A stretch of 39,060 nt of DNA from positions 1 to 39,060 of IMG/VR virus record IMGVR_UViG_3300024283_000098, one strand, 5' to 3'. Within the stretch, counting starts at the first letter, position 1, and each line of letters begins with the position of its first letter. Made by a program: the position numbers and the translations under genes. Positions 17,826 through 26,605 of this stretch are shown here, in pieces. Source of the stretch: a virus. Lineage: Duplodnaviria > Caudoviricetes. Below the pieces are notes generated by a model. That model searched no databases. It was not told the origin of the DNA and saw only the letters and a list, made by a program, of their open reading frames with translations.

Positions 17826-18135
17826 AGGACTGCTTGGCATGATCGTGTTCGGGCCGAACACCGACACGCTCGAAGGCAAGGCATTCACCATCGACCGGCT
17901 GCGCGAGGCGGCCCGCTTTCTCGAATTCAGCTTCGCCGAGCAACGTCGTAAGGGGCCGATGGCCATGACGGTTGCGACGGAGGACAACGGCCAGCAGGGG
18001 CAGCCGCTCCAGCCGCCGGCCAAGCCGAAGCGCAATCGCGGCCGCCCGGCGAAGGCCGCCGCCAACGGCCAAGCGCCGCATGCGCCGGCGCCCGCCGCTG
18101 AGCCGCTGCTCGTTGAAATCCCGTCCGGTCTGTAG
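17806..18135 (+). CDS. Hypothetical protein
   Basis: AGGGAG RBS, GTG start; basic C-terminus KRNRGRP. Confidence 0.55.
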   Translation: MNNSTLEGLLGMIVFGPNTDTLEGKAFTIDRLREAARFLEFSFAEQRRKGPMAMTVATEDNGQQGQPLQPPAKPKRNRGRPAKAAANGQAPHAPAPAAEPLLVEIPSGL

Positions 18136-18138
18136 CCC

Positions 18139-18462
18139 GTGGCGCGGCAGGCCGGCGCCGTCGCCGGGCGGCAGAAAAACCCGTTTCACTCGGTCACCAT
18201 CGGCGACGGCGCCAAGCAACAGGTGATCGGCGTGTCCGGCCCGCAATTCGCCTTGTTGGCGCGCGCCGCCGGCACCGGCTGCAAGCTGGTCAAAGGTGGC
18301 AACGAAAAAGACTTGGGCGTGCTGCACCGGCTCGGGCTGGTGCGTTTCAGCTTCAGCGATGACGACGGCTGGCCATACGCCGTCGCTGTGCTGACGCCGG
18401 CCGGCGCGCAAGCGCTGGCGCAAGAGCCGTTCGGCCACGCCAAGGCCACGACGGGAGGGTGA
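18139..18462 (+). CDS. Hypothetical protein (winged-helix-like?)
   Basis: LHRLGLV...LTPAG pattern; operon spacing. Confidence 0.5.
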   Translation: MARQAGAVAGRQKNPFHSVTIGDGAKQQVIGVSGPQFALLARAAGTGCKLVKGGNEKDLGVLHRLGLVRFSFSDDDGWPYAVAVLTPAGAQALAQEPFGHAKATTGG

Positions 18463-18466
18463 CGCG

Positions 18467-19105
18467 ATGCCGGGCTTGCTCGATCCAACTGACGATGCTG
18501 CCGACCAGTGGGACGCGGCGCCGTTTGGTGCGCCAAGTTACGTCATCGCTCAGGGCGCACTCGGTTCCCGTGTGCCGCGAGACACGATGCCGGACAGTCC
18601 GCGGTATCTGGAAGACTTGGATGTAGCGCCTGGTCCCCGACCGCAGAGTGAGGAAGACCAGGCGCTGGATGCCGTGTTTGTGCAGAAACAGCAGCTTAAA
18701 AATCAAATCGATATGGCTGAACAACAGATGAAACAACTGCCTTTAGGCTCGCCTGAGCGGGATAAGGCTTACGATCAGTGGGTCGGCATGATCAAGCAGT
18801 TTGGTCAGTTGAATGATCAGTTCAAAAACACACTCCCTGGGGCATGGTCCCAGCGCCTTGTCGGCGTGAATCAGAACCGAGGTCCTGATGTGAACACGAT
18901 GATGGACGCGATCCAGAACCGCCAGGCGCAGCCGCGCCAGCCATTATCGCCCCCGGCGCCGGGGGGTGTGCCGTACGCCCCGACGCCGATCGCGCCGCCG
19001 CCGGCAACCTCGGGGCTAACCTCATTCAACGATGATCCAACGGCCATCATGTCGCACTACCTCCGCACGACACTGGCGCAGCTCAAGAACGGCCGCCGCG
19101 TGTGA
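18467..19105 (+). CDS. Hypothetical protein with ejection-protein-like N-terminus
   Basis: GGAGG RBS; MPGLLDPTDDAADQW resembles the start of 7099. Confidence 0.6.
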   Translation: MPGLLDPTDDAADQWDAAPFGAPSYVIAQGALGSRVPRDTMPDSPRYLEDLDVAPGPRPQSEEDQALDAVFVQKQQLKNQIDMAEQQMKQLPLGSPERDKAYDQWVGMIKQFGQLNDQFKNTLPGAWSQRLVGVNQNRGPDVNTMMDAIQNRQAQPRQPLSPPAPGGVPYAPTPIAPPPATSGLTSFNDDPTAIMSHYLRTTLAQLKNGRRV

Positions 19106-21012
19106 CCGACGAGCCGCCGAAACCGCCAACGGAGGAAAAACCGGAAAACGTCGAACGGCTGGCCGATCATCGCCGCCGCCGGCCGTCGCGCCTGGTCAAC
19201 GTCACCAACGACCAACCCGCCGTGGCCGCCCGACTGGCCCAGGTGCATGCCCTGCTCGGTCCCGACGTGCCCTATGAGCCGGTCGGGTTCGACGGAACGC
19301 ATTACTGGGTGATCGACAGCGAGCGACACCTTCGCGCCAGCGCCGCGCGTGATCTCGGTGGCGCGCAGCTTGATTCGATTTGCGGTGCCGCGCCGTTCCT
19401 GCGCAACCGCTATCCCCGGATGCGCAACGGCAAGCCGGTGGAGGGCTTCGTCGCCGATCGCGCGCGGCGTGAGCTGATGAACGCCTGTCACCTGATGGGC
19501 TATTGGGAGCCACGCAATATCCGCTCGGTGGGCGCCTGGCTCGGCGCGGACGGCGATCTGATCCTGCACCGGGGTGACCATCTGTTTATCAACGGCCAGA
19601 TGCGCCCGCTCGGCCGGGTTGGCGAATTCGTCTACATCCCCGGCCCGCCGCTGCCGCCGCTACCCAAAGTGATCAAGACGATGGACCCGGCCGGCGAATT
19701 GCTCGACCGGCTGGAAACCTTCGGCTTCGCGCGCGGCACGTTCGACGCGTCGATGGTGCTGGCGCTAATCTGCGCCGCGATGTTGAGCGGGGCGCTGAAA
19801 TTCCGCCCGCATGGTTTTTTTGTCGGCGAAATGGGGCTTGGCAAATCGACCCTGCAAGCGTTCATTCTGGCGGTACTCGGTGCCAACGGCATCGTCGCCA
19901 TTACCGACGCCACGGCGGCCGGTATCTGGCAGGCGTTGCGCAATCGCTCAATTGCCGTGGGTTATGACGAATTCGAGGCTGAGGCGGACCCGAAAAAACA
20001 AGACCGGGTGATCGCGCTGGCGCGGCAAGCCAGTACCGGCGGCGTGCTGCGCCGGGGCTCCAGCCAGCACGTCGGCAGCGAGTTCCCGATCCTGTCCAGC
20101 TTCCTGCTGTCCGCCATCATCGCGCCGCCGCTGAAATCCGAGGACGCGTCGCGGTTCGTGCCTATCACCATGGTCAAGGCAAGCTTCCCGCGCGCGCCGT
20201 TCTCACTGGACCGGCTGGAACGGCTCGGGCTGGAACTGACCGCTGTCCTGGCCGCGCGCTGGCGATTGCTGACCGATAGCGTGCTGCCTGAGCTGCGCGC
20301 GCTGATGGCGGCCCAAGACAAGGGCGGCCGGCTGACCGATCTGTATGGCACGCTGCTCGGGCTGGTGTCGGTGGCGCTGTACGATGACCTCGGGCGGATG
20401 AACCTGGCCGGCCGGCTGGCCAGCCACCATATGACGCGGCTGCTGGCCGATGCGGCGGAGGATCAATTGCCGGAATACCGCCGCTGCATCGATCGGTTGC
20501 TGGCGCATCGCACGGAAAAGAATCGCCCTACCAGCACGCAACTCGGCGAGCTCATTGCCATGGTCGCGGGCGTGCTGGCCAATCCTGCCACCCGGATGCA
20601 GGCGTCGCTGTTGGGTGACGATGAGGACGTGAGCGATGACAGCGAGCCCGACCGGATGGCCTTTGCCAGGCGACAGTTGGCGGCCTTCGGGCTCAAGGTC
20701 GTGGCGCTGAGCGGCGACAACAGGGCCGCCAACATCGTGCTGCAAGTGGCGCACAATAATCCGCAGTTGGCGGAGGTGTTCGAGGATACCCGCTGGCGCA
20801 GCATGCCCGAATCGGCGACGGGTGGCGGTTGGACTCAGGCGCTGAAACGGGCGCCCGAGGCCAGTCTTGGCAGGACGCGGTTTCGCGGCGTGCTGTCACG
20901 CTGCGTCAATGTGCCGATGGCGCTGGTGCTCCAGCCGGGCAACGCGCCCCGGCCGGGCGAACAGCGGCCGGCAGACGAACAGCCCGGCGACGCGGCCGGG
21001 CTGCTGCATTAG
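19102..21012 (+). CDS. Primase-associated P-loop NTPase / replicative helicase
   Basis: Walker A GEMGLGKST, Walker B VGYDEFE, DASRF; follows the primase. Confidence 0.8.
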   Translation: MTDEPPKPPTEEKPENVERLADHRRRRPSRLVNVTNDQPAVAARLAQVHALLGPDVPYEPVGFDGTHYWVIDSERHLRASAARDLGGAQLDSICGAAPFLRNRYPRMRNGKPVEGFVADRARRELMNACHLMGYWEPRNIRSVGAWLGADGDLILHRGDHLFINGQMRPLGRVGEFVYIPGPPLPPLPKVIKTMDPAGELLDRLETFGFARGTFDASMVLALICAAMLSGALKFRPHGFFVGEMGLGKSTLQAFILAVLGANGIVAITDATAAGIWQALRNRSIAVGYDEFEAEADPKKQDRVIALARQASTGGVLRRGSSQHVGSEFPILSSFLLSAIIAPPLKSEDASRFVPITMVKASFPRAPFSLDRLERLGLELTAVLAARWRLLTDSVLPELRALMAAQDKGGRLTDLYGTLLGLVSVALYDDLGRMNLAGRLASHHMTRLLADAAEDQLPEYRRCIDRLLAHRTEKNRPTSTQLGELIAMVAGVLANPATRMQASLLGDDEDVSDDSEPDRMAFARRQLAAFGLKVVALSGDNRAANIVLQVAHNNPQLAEVFEDTRWRSMPESATGGGWTQALKRAPEASLGRTRFRGVLSRCVNVPMALVLQPGNAPRPGEQRPADEQPGDAAGLLH

Positions 21013-21227
21013 TCGTCACGTAGGCGACGGTCGGTCAGTTCCGGCACGGGCACGTTTTCAATCGCCTTGGCGACGCGTTCCAGATACCGCGCAATAACCG
21101 GATTGACCGAGCGGCGGCCGGTCCGCATGTCGCCAATCACGCCATGCGACACGCCGAACAACTCGGCGACGGAGCGGCCGGACCATCCCGTCCGCTTGAT
21201 CAACGCGGCGAATTCAGCGCCAGTCAT
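21009..21227 (-). CDS. Small HTH (XRE/Cro-like) protein
   Basis: MTGAEFAALIKRTGWSGRSVAELFGVSHGVIGDMRTGRRSV. Confidence 0.75.
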   Translation of the reverse strand: MTGAEFAALIKRTGWSGRSVAELFGVSHGVIGDMRTGRRSVNPVIARYLERVAKAIENVPVPELTDRRLRDD

Positions 21228-21423
21228 CGGGAAGGTACTCGCTGGCGGCCGTTTCGGCTTCCTCCTGCGTCGCGTAAACGCCCCGGAAATGCGCCAGGTT
21301 GTTCCATACGTCGCCAATCTGACGTAGCGCGTGACAAGCCGCGTCTGTTTTCACATAGGAAACGCGATACGCGGCATGGTCGCGCGACGCGCGGCTGGTG
21401 TCGTAGCTGATAAGAATTTCCAT
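21214..21423 (-). CDS. Hypothetical protein
   Basis: GGAG upstream; GVYATQEEAETAA motif. Confidence 0.55.
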   Translation of the reverse strand: MEILISYDTSRASRDHAAYRVSYVKTDAACHALRQIGDVWNNLAHFRGVYATQEEAETAASEYLPDDWR

Positions 21424-21504
21424 ATTGGTCACTAATCTTACTCCAGAGGGACGCGGCCGGCATGCTCTGCCGGCCGCACGGTTAACGGTAAGCGGTCAAT
21501 TTGG

Positions 21505-21693
21505 TCAATCGTCCGTCAGCAGCGCCCGTGCCAGCATGGCGGCCTCGTCACGGCTCATGACGACGCGGAACGTGACGAGCTCGCCGCCCGGCGCGAAGCC
21601 TTGCGACTCCACGCCGATTGACCAGCAATCGCGGCTGGTGACTTTCATCGTGGAGCCCGACAGCAGCGGGATACCGTTGCGCTGAATGATCAT
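21505..21693 (-). CDS. Hypothetical protein
   Basis: TGATG coupling with the upstream ORF; GGAGG RBS. Confidence 0.5.
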   Translation of the reverse strand: MIIQRNGIPLLSGSTMKVTSRDCWSIGVESQGFAPGGELVTFRVVMSRDEAAMLARALLTDD

Positions 21694-22046
21694 CACGCGG
21701 CCTCCGCGAAGCGCACGGGCGCCGGTTCGGCATACTCAGGGCCAATGGGCAACGTGCCGGCTGGCCAATAGCGCGCGGCCGGCAAGCGGCGGTCACGCGG
21801 CGCGTGCGACACGCGGCCATAGACCTTGCACGCCGCCCAGGCGGACGGGATGCGCGCCCATTGGCTGGCGCCGGGCACCAGATACCAACGCTCGCCAAGG
21901 GCGGCGATCGCGGCATGCCTTGCGGCATTGTAGGCCGGCACAAAATCATCATAGCCGCGAAAAGATGCGCCAGCCTTGCGGGTGGCACGCTGGCGCAGCG
22001 GCTGGCCGCAGCACTCACACACGGGAATTGCGGAAACGGTGGACAT
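21693..22046 (-). CDS. Hypothetical protein with N-terminal CxCCG motif
   Basis: GGAG RBS; VCECCGQPL. Confidence 0.55.
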   Translation of the reverse strand: MSTVSAIPVCECCGQPLRQRATRKAGASFRGYDDFVPAYNAARHAAIAALGERWYLVPGASQWARIPSAWAACKVYGRVSHAPRDRRLPAARYWPAGTLPIGPEYAEPAPVRFAEAA

Positions 22047-22081
22047 GGTTTTAGACTCCGGTTTGTTGGTTCGGGTGAAGC

Positions 22082-22125
22082 CCCGGCGCCGCGCTGTCGC
22101 CTGGAAGCCAAGGCGCGGCGCCGGG
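22082..22125. other. 13-bp GC-rich inverted repeat after ardC
   Basis: cccggcgccgcgc-N18-gcgcggcgccggg. Confidence 0.55.
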
Positions 22126-22128
22126 TGG

Positions 22129-23052
22129 TCACGCGGCAAGCAATGCCGCGCTTGGTTGTGCGTCATGCAAGAATGACGCGGCGCGGTCCGCCGCACTGGC
22201 GGCCGTGAAAATCGCCCGGTTGTCGGTTTTCAGGACCGCGAGCCAATTGGCCAGATAGTCGGCATGGTCCGCGCGCGGTGCGTCCGATATGGCCAAGTCA
22301 GCGCACAGGAAGGCACTGCCTAACTCTGCAACGAGCTCTTCCATTGCATAAGCGTTATCGCCGAACCGCTTACCGAACGGCCTAGCGCACCGTGACTCAT
22401 GGCCCGTCCAATGGATCGCCTCATGCGCCAGCGTGGCATAGTAGGACTCGGCCGAGTTGAACGCGGCGAGCTCAGGCATGCGCACCGCGTCAAGCGAGGG
22501 GGCGTAAAATGCCCTGTCGCCACCGTGCGCCAACCGCACGCCAGCGTCAGCGAAAAATGCGTCCACGACACCGTTGCGCGCGTGCGGGCAGACTGGCGCC
22601 GGCATATCAACCGGCGCCGCGATGGGCGCGAAACGTGCCGGCAAACCGTCAATCTCACTGGCATTAAAGACGTGGTAGCATTTCAGAAACGAGATTGTCT
22701 GACCGTCGCTCGTTTCGCCCGGTGTCGCCGGTGTGTCCGCGCCCTTGATCGTGGTCTGACCGACATAAAACGCGAATTCGCCCCGCGCGCCCTTGCGCAC
22801 CTGACCACCGAGCTCTTGCGCGCCCTTGTAGGTCATCCAATGGCGTGACGTGAGTCCGCGCATCTGCGCCGCGCACCATAGATTGATCACGTTCATGCCC
22901 TTGTAAGCCTGACCGTTGGCGCGCAGCGGCCGCTGCATCGCGCCGGTAATGGTTGGGAAACTGCCATCCCATGACTTTTGCCAGGGCTTGGTGCCCGCCT
23001 CTAGCATTGCCACGATACGGTCCGTGACTTGCTGGTAAACCTCGGTTTTCAC
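22129..23052 (-). CDS. ardC: ArdC-family anti-restriction ssDNA-binding / zincin-like protein
   Basis: YQQVTDRIVAMLEAGTKPWQKSW, YKGMN, WMTYKGAQELGGQVRKG, HEAIHWTGHESR, YAMEELVAELGSAFL. Confidence 0.92.
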   Translation of the reverse strand: MKTEVYQQVTDRIVAMLEAGTKPWQKSWDGSFPTITGAMQRPLRANGQAYKGMNVINLWCAAQMRGLTSRHWMTYKGAQELGGQVRKGARGEFAFYVGQTTIKGADTPATPGETSDGQTISFLKCYHVFNASEIDGLPARFAPIAAPVDMPAPVCPHARNGVVDAFFADAGVRLAHGGDRAFYAPSLDAVRMPELAAFNSAESYYATLAHEAIHWTGHESRCARPFGKRFGDNAYAMEELVAELGSAFLCADLAISDAPRADHADYLANWLAVLKTDNRAIFTAASAADRAASFLHDAQPSAALLAA

Positions 23053-23102
23053 GCTCTTTACTCCGTTGCCTTGTTGACGAACAAACATTTAGGGAATTGT
23101 CT

Positions 23103-23181
23103 AAGCGGACACAATGACCGCTTATGCATAGCAGCCATGCAAAGCGGACGTATTGACCGCTTATGTGCGAGCCATTAGATA
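23103..23181 (+). promoter_or_regulatory. Two palindromic operators overlapping a sigma70-like promoter
   Basis: AAGCGGAC-N4-TGACCGCTT at 23103 and 23142; TTGACC-17-TAGATA. Confidence 0.65.
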
Positions 23182-23212
23182 CCGCTCCGTCAACAACAAG
23201 CGGAGCACGACA

Positions 23213-23437
23213 GTGTATGACTTGGCACATGAAAACGAAGCGCCCGGCCAGTGCGGCAAGTGTCGCGGCACGGGGGTTTATTCTTGGGGCGCGTGCGTCA
23301 ATGGCAAGATGGAGAAGTCTGGCCGCTGCAATTCCTGCGGCGGCACCGGGCGGCAGACCATGCGCGACATGATGCGCAATCGCACCTATAACATGCACAA
23401 GATTGCACGCATGTGCGACGGATGGGGAGGCCGCTGA
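23213..23437 (+). CDS. DnaJ-type zinc-finger small protein
   Basis: CGKCRGTG and CNSCGGTG motifs; GGAG RBS. Confidence 0.7.
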   Translation: MYDLAHENEAPGQCGKCRGTGVYSWGACVNGKMEKSGRCNSCGGTGRQTMRDMMRNRTYNMHKIARMCDGWGGR

Positions 23438-23438
23438 T

Positions 23439-23717
23439 ATGCCGCAAGCAATCGAGCTCCGTGGCGACCGTGAGCCCCGTTGGGTATCGCCGCGCCGCGA
23501 GTATCAGCGCAATCTATACCGCGCGCAGTTCTATATCTGGTCAGTGCTCCGTCGCCACGCCGATTGCACGTTGCGTGATCCTATTACCGGGTTGACCTTG
23601 GCGAATGGTCCGGCCGAATCGCGCGCGCTCGCCGCTATCACGCACAAGGCGCTGGCGCGCCACTACATCGCCAGGGCGCGCGCGATGCGGGATCATTTCG
23701 TAAAGAGCCAAGCCTGA
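23439..23717 (+). CDS. Hypothetical protein
   Basis: GGAGG RBS. Confidence 0.55.
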   Translation: MPQAIELRGDREPRWVSPRREYQRNLYRAQFYIWSVLRRHADCTLRDPITGLTLANGPAESRALAAITHKALARHYIARARAMRDHFVKSQA

Positions 23718-23744
23718 CCAGCGATCTGTACATGGCTGCCATGC

Positions 23745-23784
23745 AAGCGGACGTATTGACCGCGTGTATGGCAGTCATTAGATT
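23745..23784 (+). promoter_or_regulatory. Third operator/promoter copy
   Basis: AAGCGGACGTATTGACCGCGT; TTGACC-17-TAGATT. Confidence 0.65.
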
Positions 23785-23814
23785 GGGCGCATCGAAACAA
23801 ACGGAGTAACCGAC

Positions 23815-24018
23815 ATGATGAAGCTTCCCGCCCGCCTCGCCTATGGCTTGACCGTCGCCTACGGCCGCACCTGTGAGATTTCGCAATTCGAGTATGCCGA
23901 ACTCGCCGATGCACTGGCGATGTTCGAATCGTTCGCAAACGACTGCTGGACCATGGCCGCTACACTTTGCGGTCCGGAGGATGAAGTGATCGCGGAATAT
24001 GAGATGGGAGACCGGTGA
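23815..24018 (+). CDS. Hypothetical acidic protein
   Basis: GGAG RBS downstream of the promoter copy. Confidence 0.55.
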   Translation: MMKLPARLAYGLTVAYGRTCEISQFEYAELADALAMFESFANDCWTMAATLCGPEDEVIAEYEMGDR

Positions 24019-24212
24019 GGATGCAAATCACAGTTCAAGTCCGTCAAGTGTATGGCGTGGAAACAATCTATCCCGCGTGCAAGACGAGCGTTTTTTTCTG
24101 CGGTCTGGCGCGGACCAAGACAATCACGGAGGACATGATGCGCATGATCCTCGCGCAAGGTTATGAGGTAGCAGTGGAAGCGCCCGCGCTGCGCTTCGTG
24201 GGGAGGAATTGA
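24015..24212 (+). CDS. Hypothetical phage protein
   Basis: ITVQVRQVYGVETIYPAC..LARTKT..GYEVAV; coupled to neighbours. Confidence 0.6.
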   Translation: MRMQITVQVRQVYGVETIYPACKTSVFFCGLARTKTITEDMMRMILAQGYEVAVEAPALRFVGRN

Positions 24213-24213
24213 A

Positions 24214-24675
24214 ATGGCAAAGCTGTCCGCGCACGGTCAGATCATTGGCACCGTCGAATATATCACCAAAGCAAAGCGCTATATGTCCGATGGTGTCATT
24301 CTCAAGAATGACGGCATGGGCTGGAAACTCTATGGCAAGGTGAAATTCCATCTCACGCCAGCCCAAGCTTACCAGCATGCGCGCGACAAGCTTGCGGCGC
24401 GACTGGCAGCGCTACCAGCGCTGGCCACTTACATTCGCGAGCTCCACGATATGGCTGGCCAGTGCAAGCGCTGGAAACTGCATATGGCAGTCAGCATGAT
24501 GCCGGATGACGCTGATGGTGTCTGGTCGGAAGCGTGCGACGGTTATGGCGACAACGTGCATGCTGACGTGGATGACGTGGCCAAACTGTGCGCGCTATTT
24601 CGCGCGGCGGAACGCGAGCGCGTGCAATATGGTGCCAGCCTGGCGCCGGATGCGTCGCGCGTGACTGGCGACTGA
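24214..24675 (+). CDS. Hypothetical protein
   Basis: GGAGG RBS, 153 aa. Confidence 0.6.
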   Translation: MAKLSAHGQIIGTVEYITKAKRYMSDGVILKNDGMGWKLYGKVKFHLTPAQAYQHARDKLAARLAALPALATYIRELHDMAGQCKRWKLHMAVSMMPDDADGVWSEACDGYGDNVHADVDDVAKLCALFRAAERERVQYGASLAPDASRVTGD

Positions 24676-24698
24676 TTACCCCCAAGCCCAATAGCAAG

Positions 24699-24730
24699 CC
24701 CGCACTGGTCACCAGTGCGGGTTTTCTTTT
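24699..24730 (+). terminator. Intrinsic terminator
   Basis: cccgcactggt-c-accagtgcggg followed by ttttctttt. Confidence 0.8.
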
Positions 24731-24800
24731 GCCCGTTCCCCATGCGCCCGAGTGTGGTAGGATTAGCGCGCTGGCTATCGGTGCTCCGATCGAACGGGGC

Positions 24801-25062
24801 GTGACAGTGTGACAGTCGAGGGTTTCCGACCGTCACGCTTTTCTTAGCCAGACTACCAAAAGCGTGACGATGTGACGGTTGTGACAGTGAATTTGCGCGC
24901 TCAGTGCAAACCAACGGCCTCGCGCGGGAGTCTATACCCCGCGCGCGTGCGTACGCGTGAGAGCACGAAAACACTGTCACACCTGTCACACTGTCACGCT
25001 TTTTATCACACAGTGAAATCCGGCAATTCCTACTGTCACGCTTCCTCGTCACACCTGTCACA
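24801..25062. repeat. GTGAC(A/G)/(T/C)GTCAC iteron cluster, probable replication origin
   Basis: About 12 copies; mostly GTGAC on the left (24801-24886) and GTCAC on the right (24975-25061). Confidence 0.65.
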
Positions 25063-25108
25063 CTCTCTCTTCTCTCTCCTCTCTTTTGAGGGAGAGAGAG
25101 AGAGAGAG
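25063..25108. repeat. CT-rich/GA-rich inverted repeat
   Basis: ctctctcttctctctcctctc-tttt-gagggagagagagagagagag. Confidence 0.7.
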
Positions 25109-25142
25109 TAATGAGCTCAAAGGCTTAGGAGGGGTGCAACCG

Positions 25143-25799
25143 ATGGTAGCAGAAGAAAGTGAAACGAAAATTCCAGCAGTCGGGGACGCTGAAACGGCCG
25201 AAAACCCCTTGCCGGCCGGCGCGGCTGGCGACTCGCGCGCGCAAATCGCGCTCGCGTTTGACAGTCAGGGTGACCACCAAATGGTCACGGAGGCGCCCGA
25301 TTCGCACGATGGGCGCAAGCCAAGGCGGAAACAGCCGCGCTATGACACGCGGCGGACGGCCGAATACCTGTCCGAGCGCGGCCGGTTGCCGGCCGAAGCG
25401 TTGCACCTGATCACGCGCCGCACGCTGCCCGAGGCGATCGCCTACATCCGCAAGGCCGTGCCTGGTGCCGATCACATGTGGTGCGCCAACTACTACATGC
25501 GCGCCATCGAGCTCTTGTTGCCCTACTGCCACCTCCGCCAGAGCGATCTAGATACGGCCGGTGGTCTCGACGGTGTGCATAGCCTGGTGGCAGCGCATTT
25601 TCTCGCCGCGTCGCAGTTTGGCGCGCGGACCACGATTGACGCGCCGCGCGGGAGTGGGGGTGCGCTGTCGCATAGTGGTAGACTATTTGACAGCGGGAGG
25701 CCGGCCGTGCAGGCTGACGATCAGGGAGGCAACACCATGCCGAACACCAATTCCGCCGTTGGTTCGGTCGTCACGTTGCCGCCGCGCGGCCGCGATTGA
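25143..25799 (+). CDS. Putative terminase small subunit-like protein
   Basis: GGAGGGG RBS; GRKPRRK..TRR..P and AIELLLPYCH motifs; first gene of the late strand. Confidence 0.45.
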   Translation: MVAEESETKIPAVGDAETAENPLPAGAAGDSRAQIALAFDSQGDHQMVTEAPDSHDGRKPRRKQPRYDTRRTAEYLSERGRLPAEALHLITRRTLPEAIAYIRKAVPGADHMWCANYYMRAIELLLPYCHLRQSDLDTAGGLDGVHSLVAAHFLAASQFGARTTIDAPRGSGGALSHSGRLFDSGRPAVQADDQGGNTMPNTNSAVGSVVTLPPRGRD

Positions 25800-26554
25800 T
25801 GCCGCCCGCTGCACTCGGGGCCGCCACCGACGCGCCGCGCGCGCCCCCCCCCGGCCCCGCCGTGGGCCCGCCCCCGTCATATCCGTGCGGACCTAGCAGC
25901 GCCGTCGAAGGGATTATCTGGCAGAACGGCCGAACCACGGATGACATGCGCCGAGTGTGGGCGGCGGGGGCCAGGGGCGCGGCGGTCAACCGCTGCGGGC
26001 TCTGCACCGCGCCGCTGTATCTGAGCCGGGGCGAGCTGATCTGTTTCGGCTGCCGCAGTCATCTGCCGATCCGCTGGCGTCGCAAGGTGACCGAGCTCTG
26101 GCTGAGCGGCATGCCAGCCGCCGACATTGCCAGGGTGGCCGGTGGCACCAAGTCAGCGGTGCTGTCCTATCGCCGTCGCGCCATGTTGCCGGCGCGCGGC
26201 ACGCCGCTGGTGGGCCTGTCCGACAGTGAACGCGCCGAACGCAACCGTCGCGCCGCGATCGGGCGCACGCTGCCGGTGAAACGGACCAAGCCGCCGCCGG
26301 CCGCGAAGCCGGTCGCGGCCAAGCGCGCCGTCGTGCTGCCGGCAGAGTCCGGCTCGGCGACGCCCGGCGGGGCGGCCAGCGTGGCGGAAAACGTCGGCCG
26401 CCCCAAAGGCTTGCCCCGGCATGCGCCGCGCGCCGGATTTGCGAGCTGCCAATACATCACCGGCCGGCGCGCGTTCTGTGACGACCCGGTGGCCGAACTA
26501 TCGCCGTACTGCGCCGCGCATACCCGGCTTTGTTATCAGGCGCGCGCGGCGTGA
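25799..26554 (+). CDS. gcrA: GcrA-family transcription regulator with N-terminal extension
   Basis: ELWLSGMPAADIARVAGGTKSAVLSYRRRAML and CQYITG..FCDDP..SPYCAAHTRLCY; start uncertain. Confidence 0.8.
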   Translation: MPPAALGAATDAPRAPPPGPAVGPPPSYPCGPSSAVEGIIWQNGRTTDDMRRVWAAGARGAAVNRCGLCTAPLYLSRGELICFGCRSHLPIRWRRKVTELWLSGMPAADIARVAGGTKSAVLSYRRRAMLPARGTPLVGLSDSERAERNRRAAIGRTLPVKRTKPPPAAKPVAAKRAVVLPAESGSATPGGAASVAENVGRPKGLPRHAPRAGFASCQYITGRRAFCDDPVAELSPYCAAHTRLCYQARAA

Positions 26555-26605
26555 TCCCGCCTGACGACCGTTTACATATCAACACATACATGGAGTATAT
26601 ACGAT

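Noticed and set aside
16326-18065. 579-aa minus-strand ORF (also 7786-8835, 17035-17805 and similar)
   Set aside because: Shadow frames of high-GC genes with clear motifs on another frame or strand
25063-25108. GA microsatellite as an assembly artefact
   Set aside because: It pairs with an upstream CT tract as an inverted repeat next to the iterons, which suggests a real element; reads would confirm
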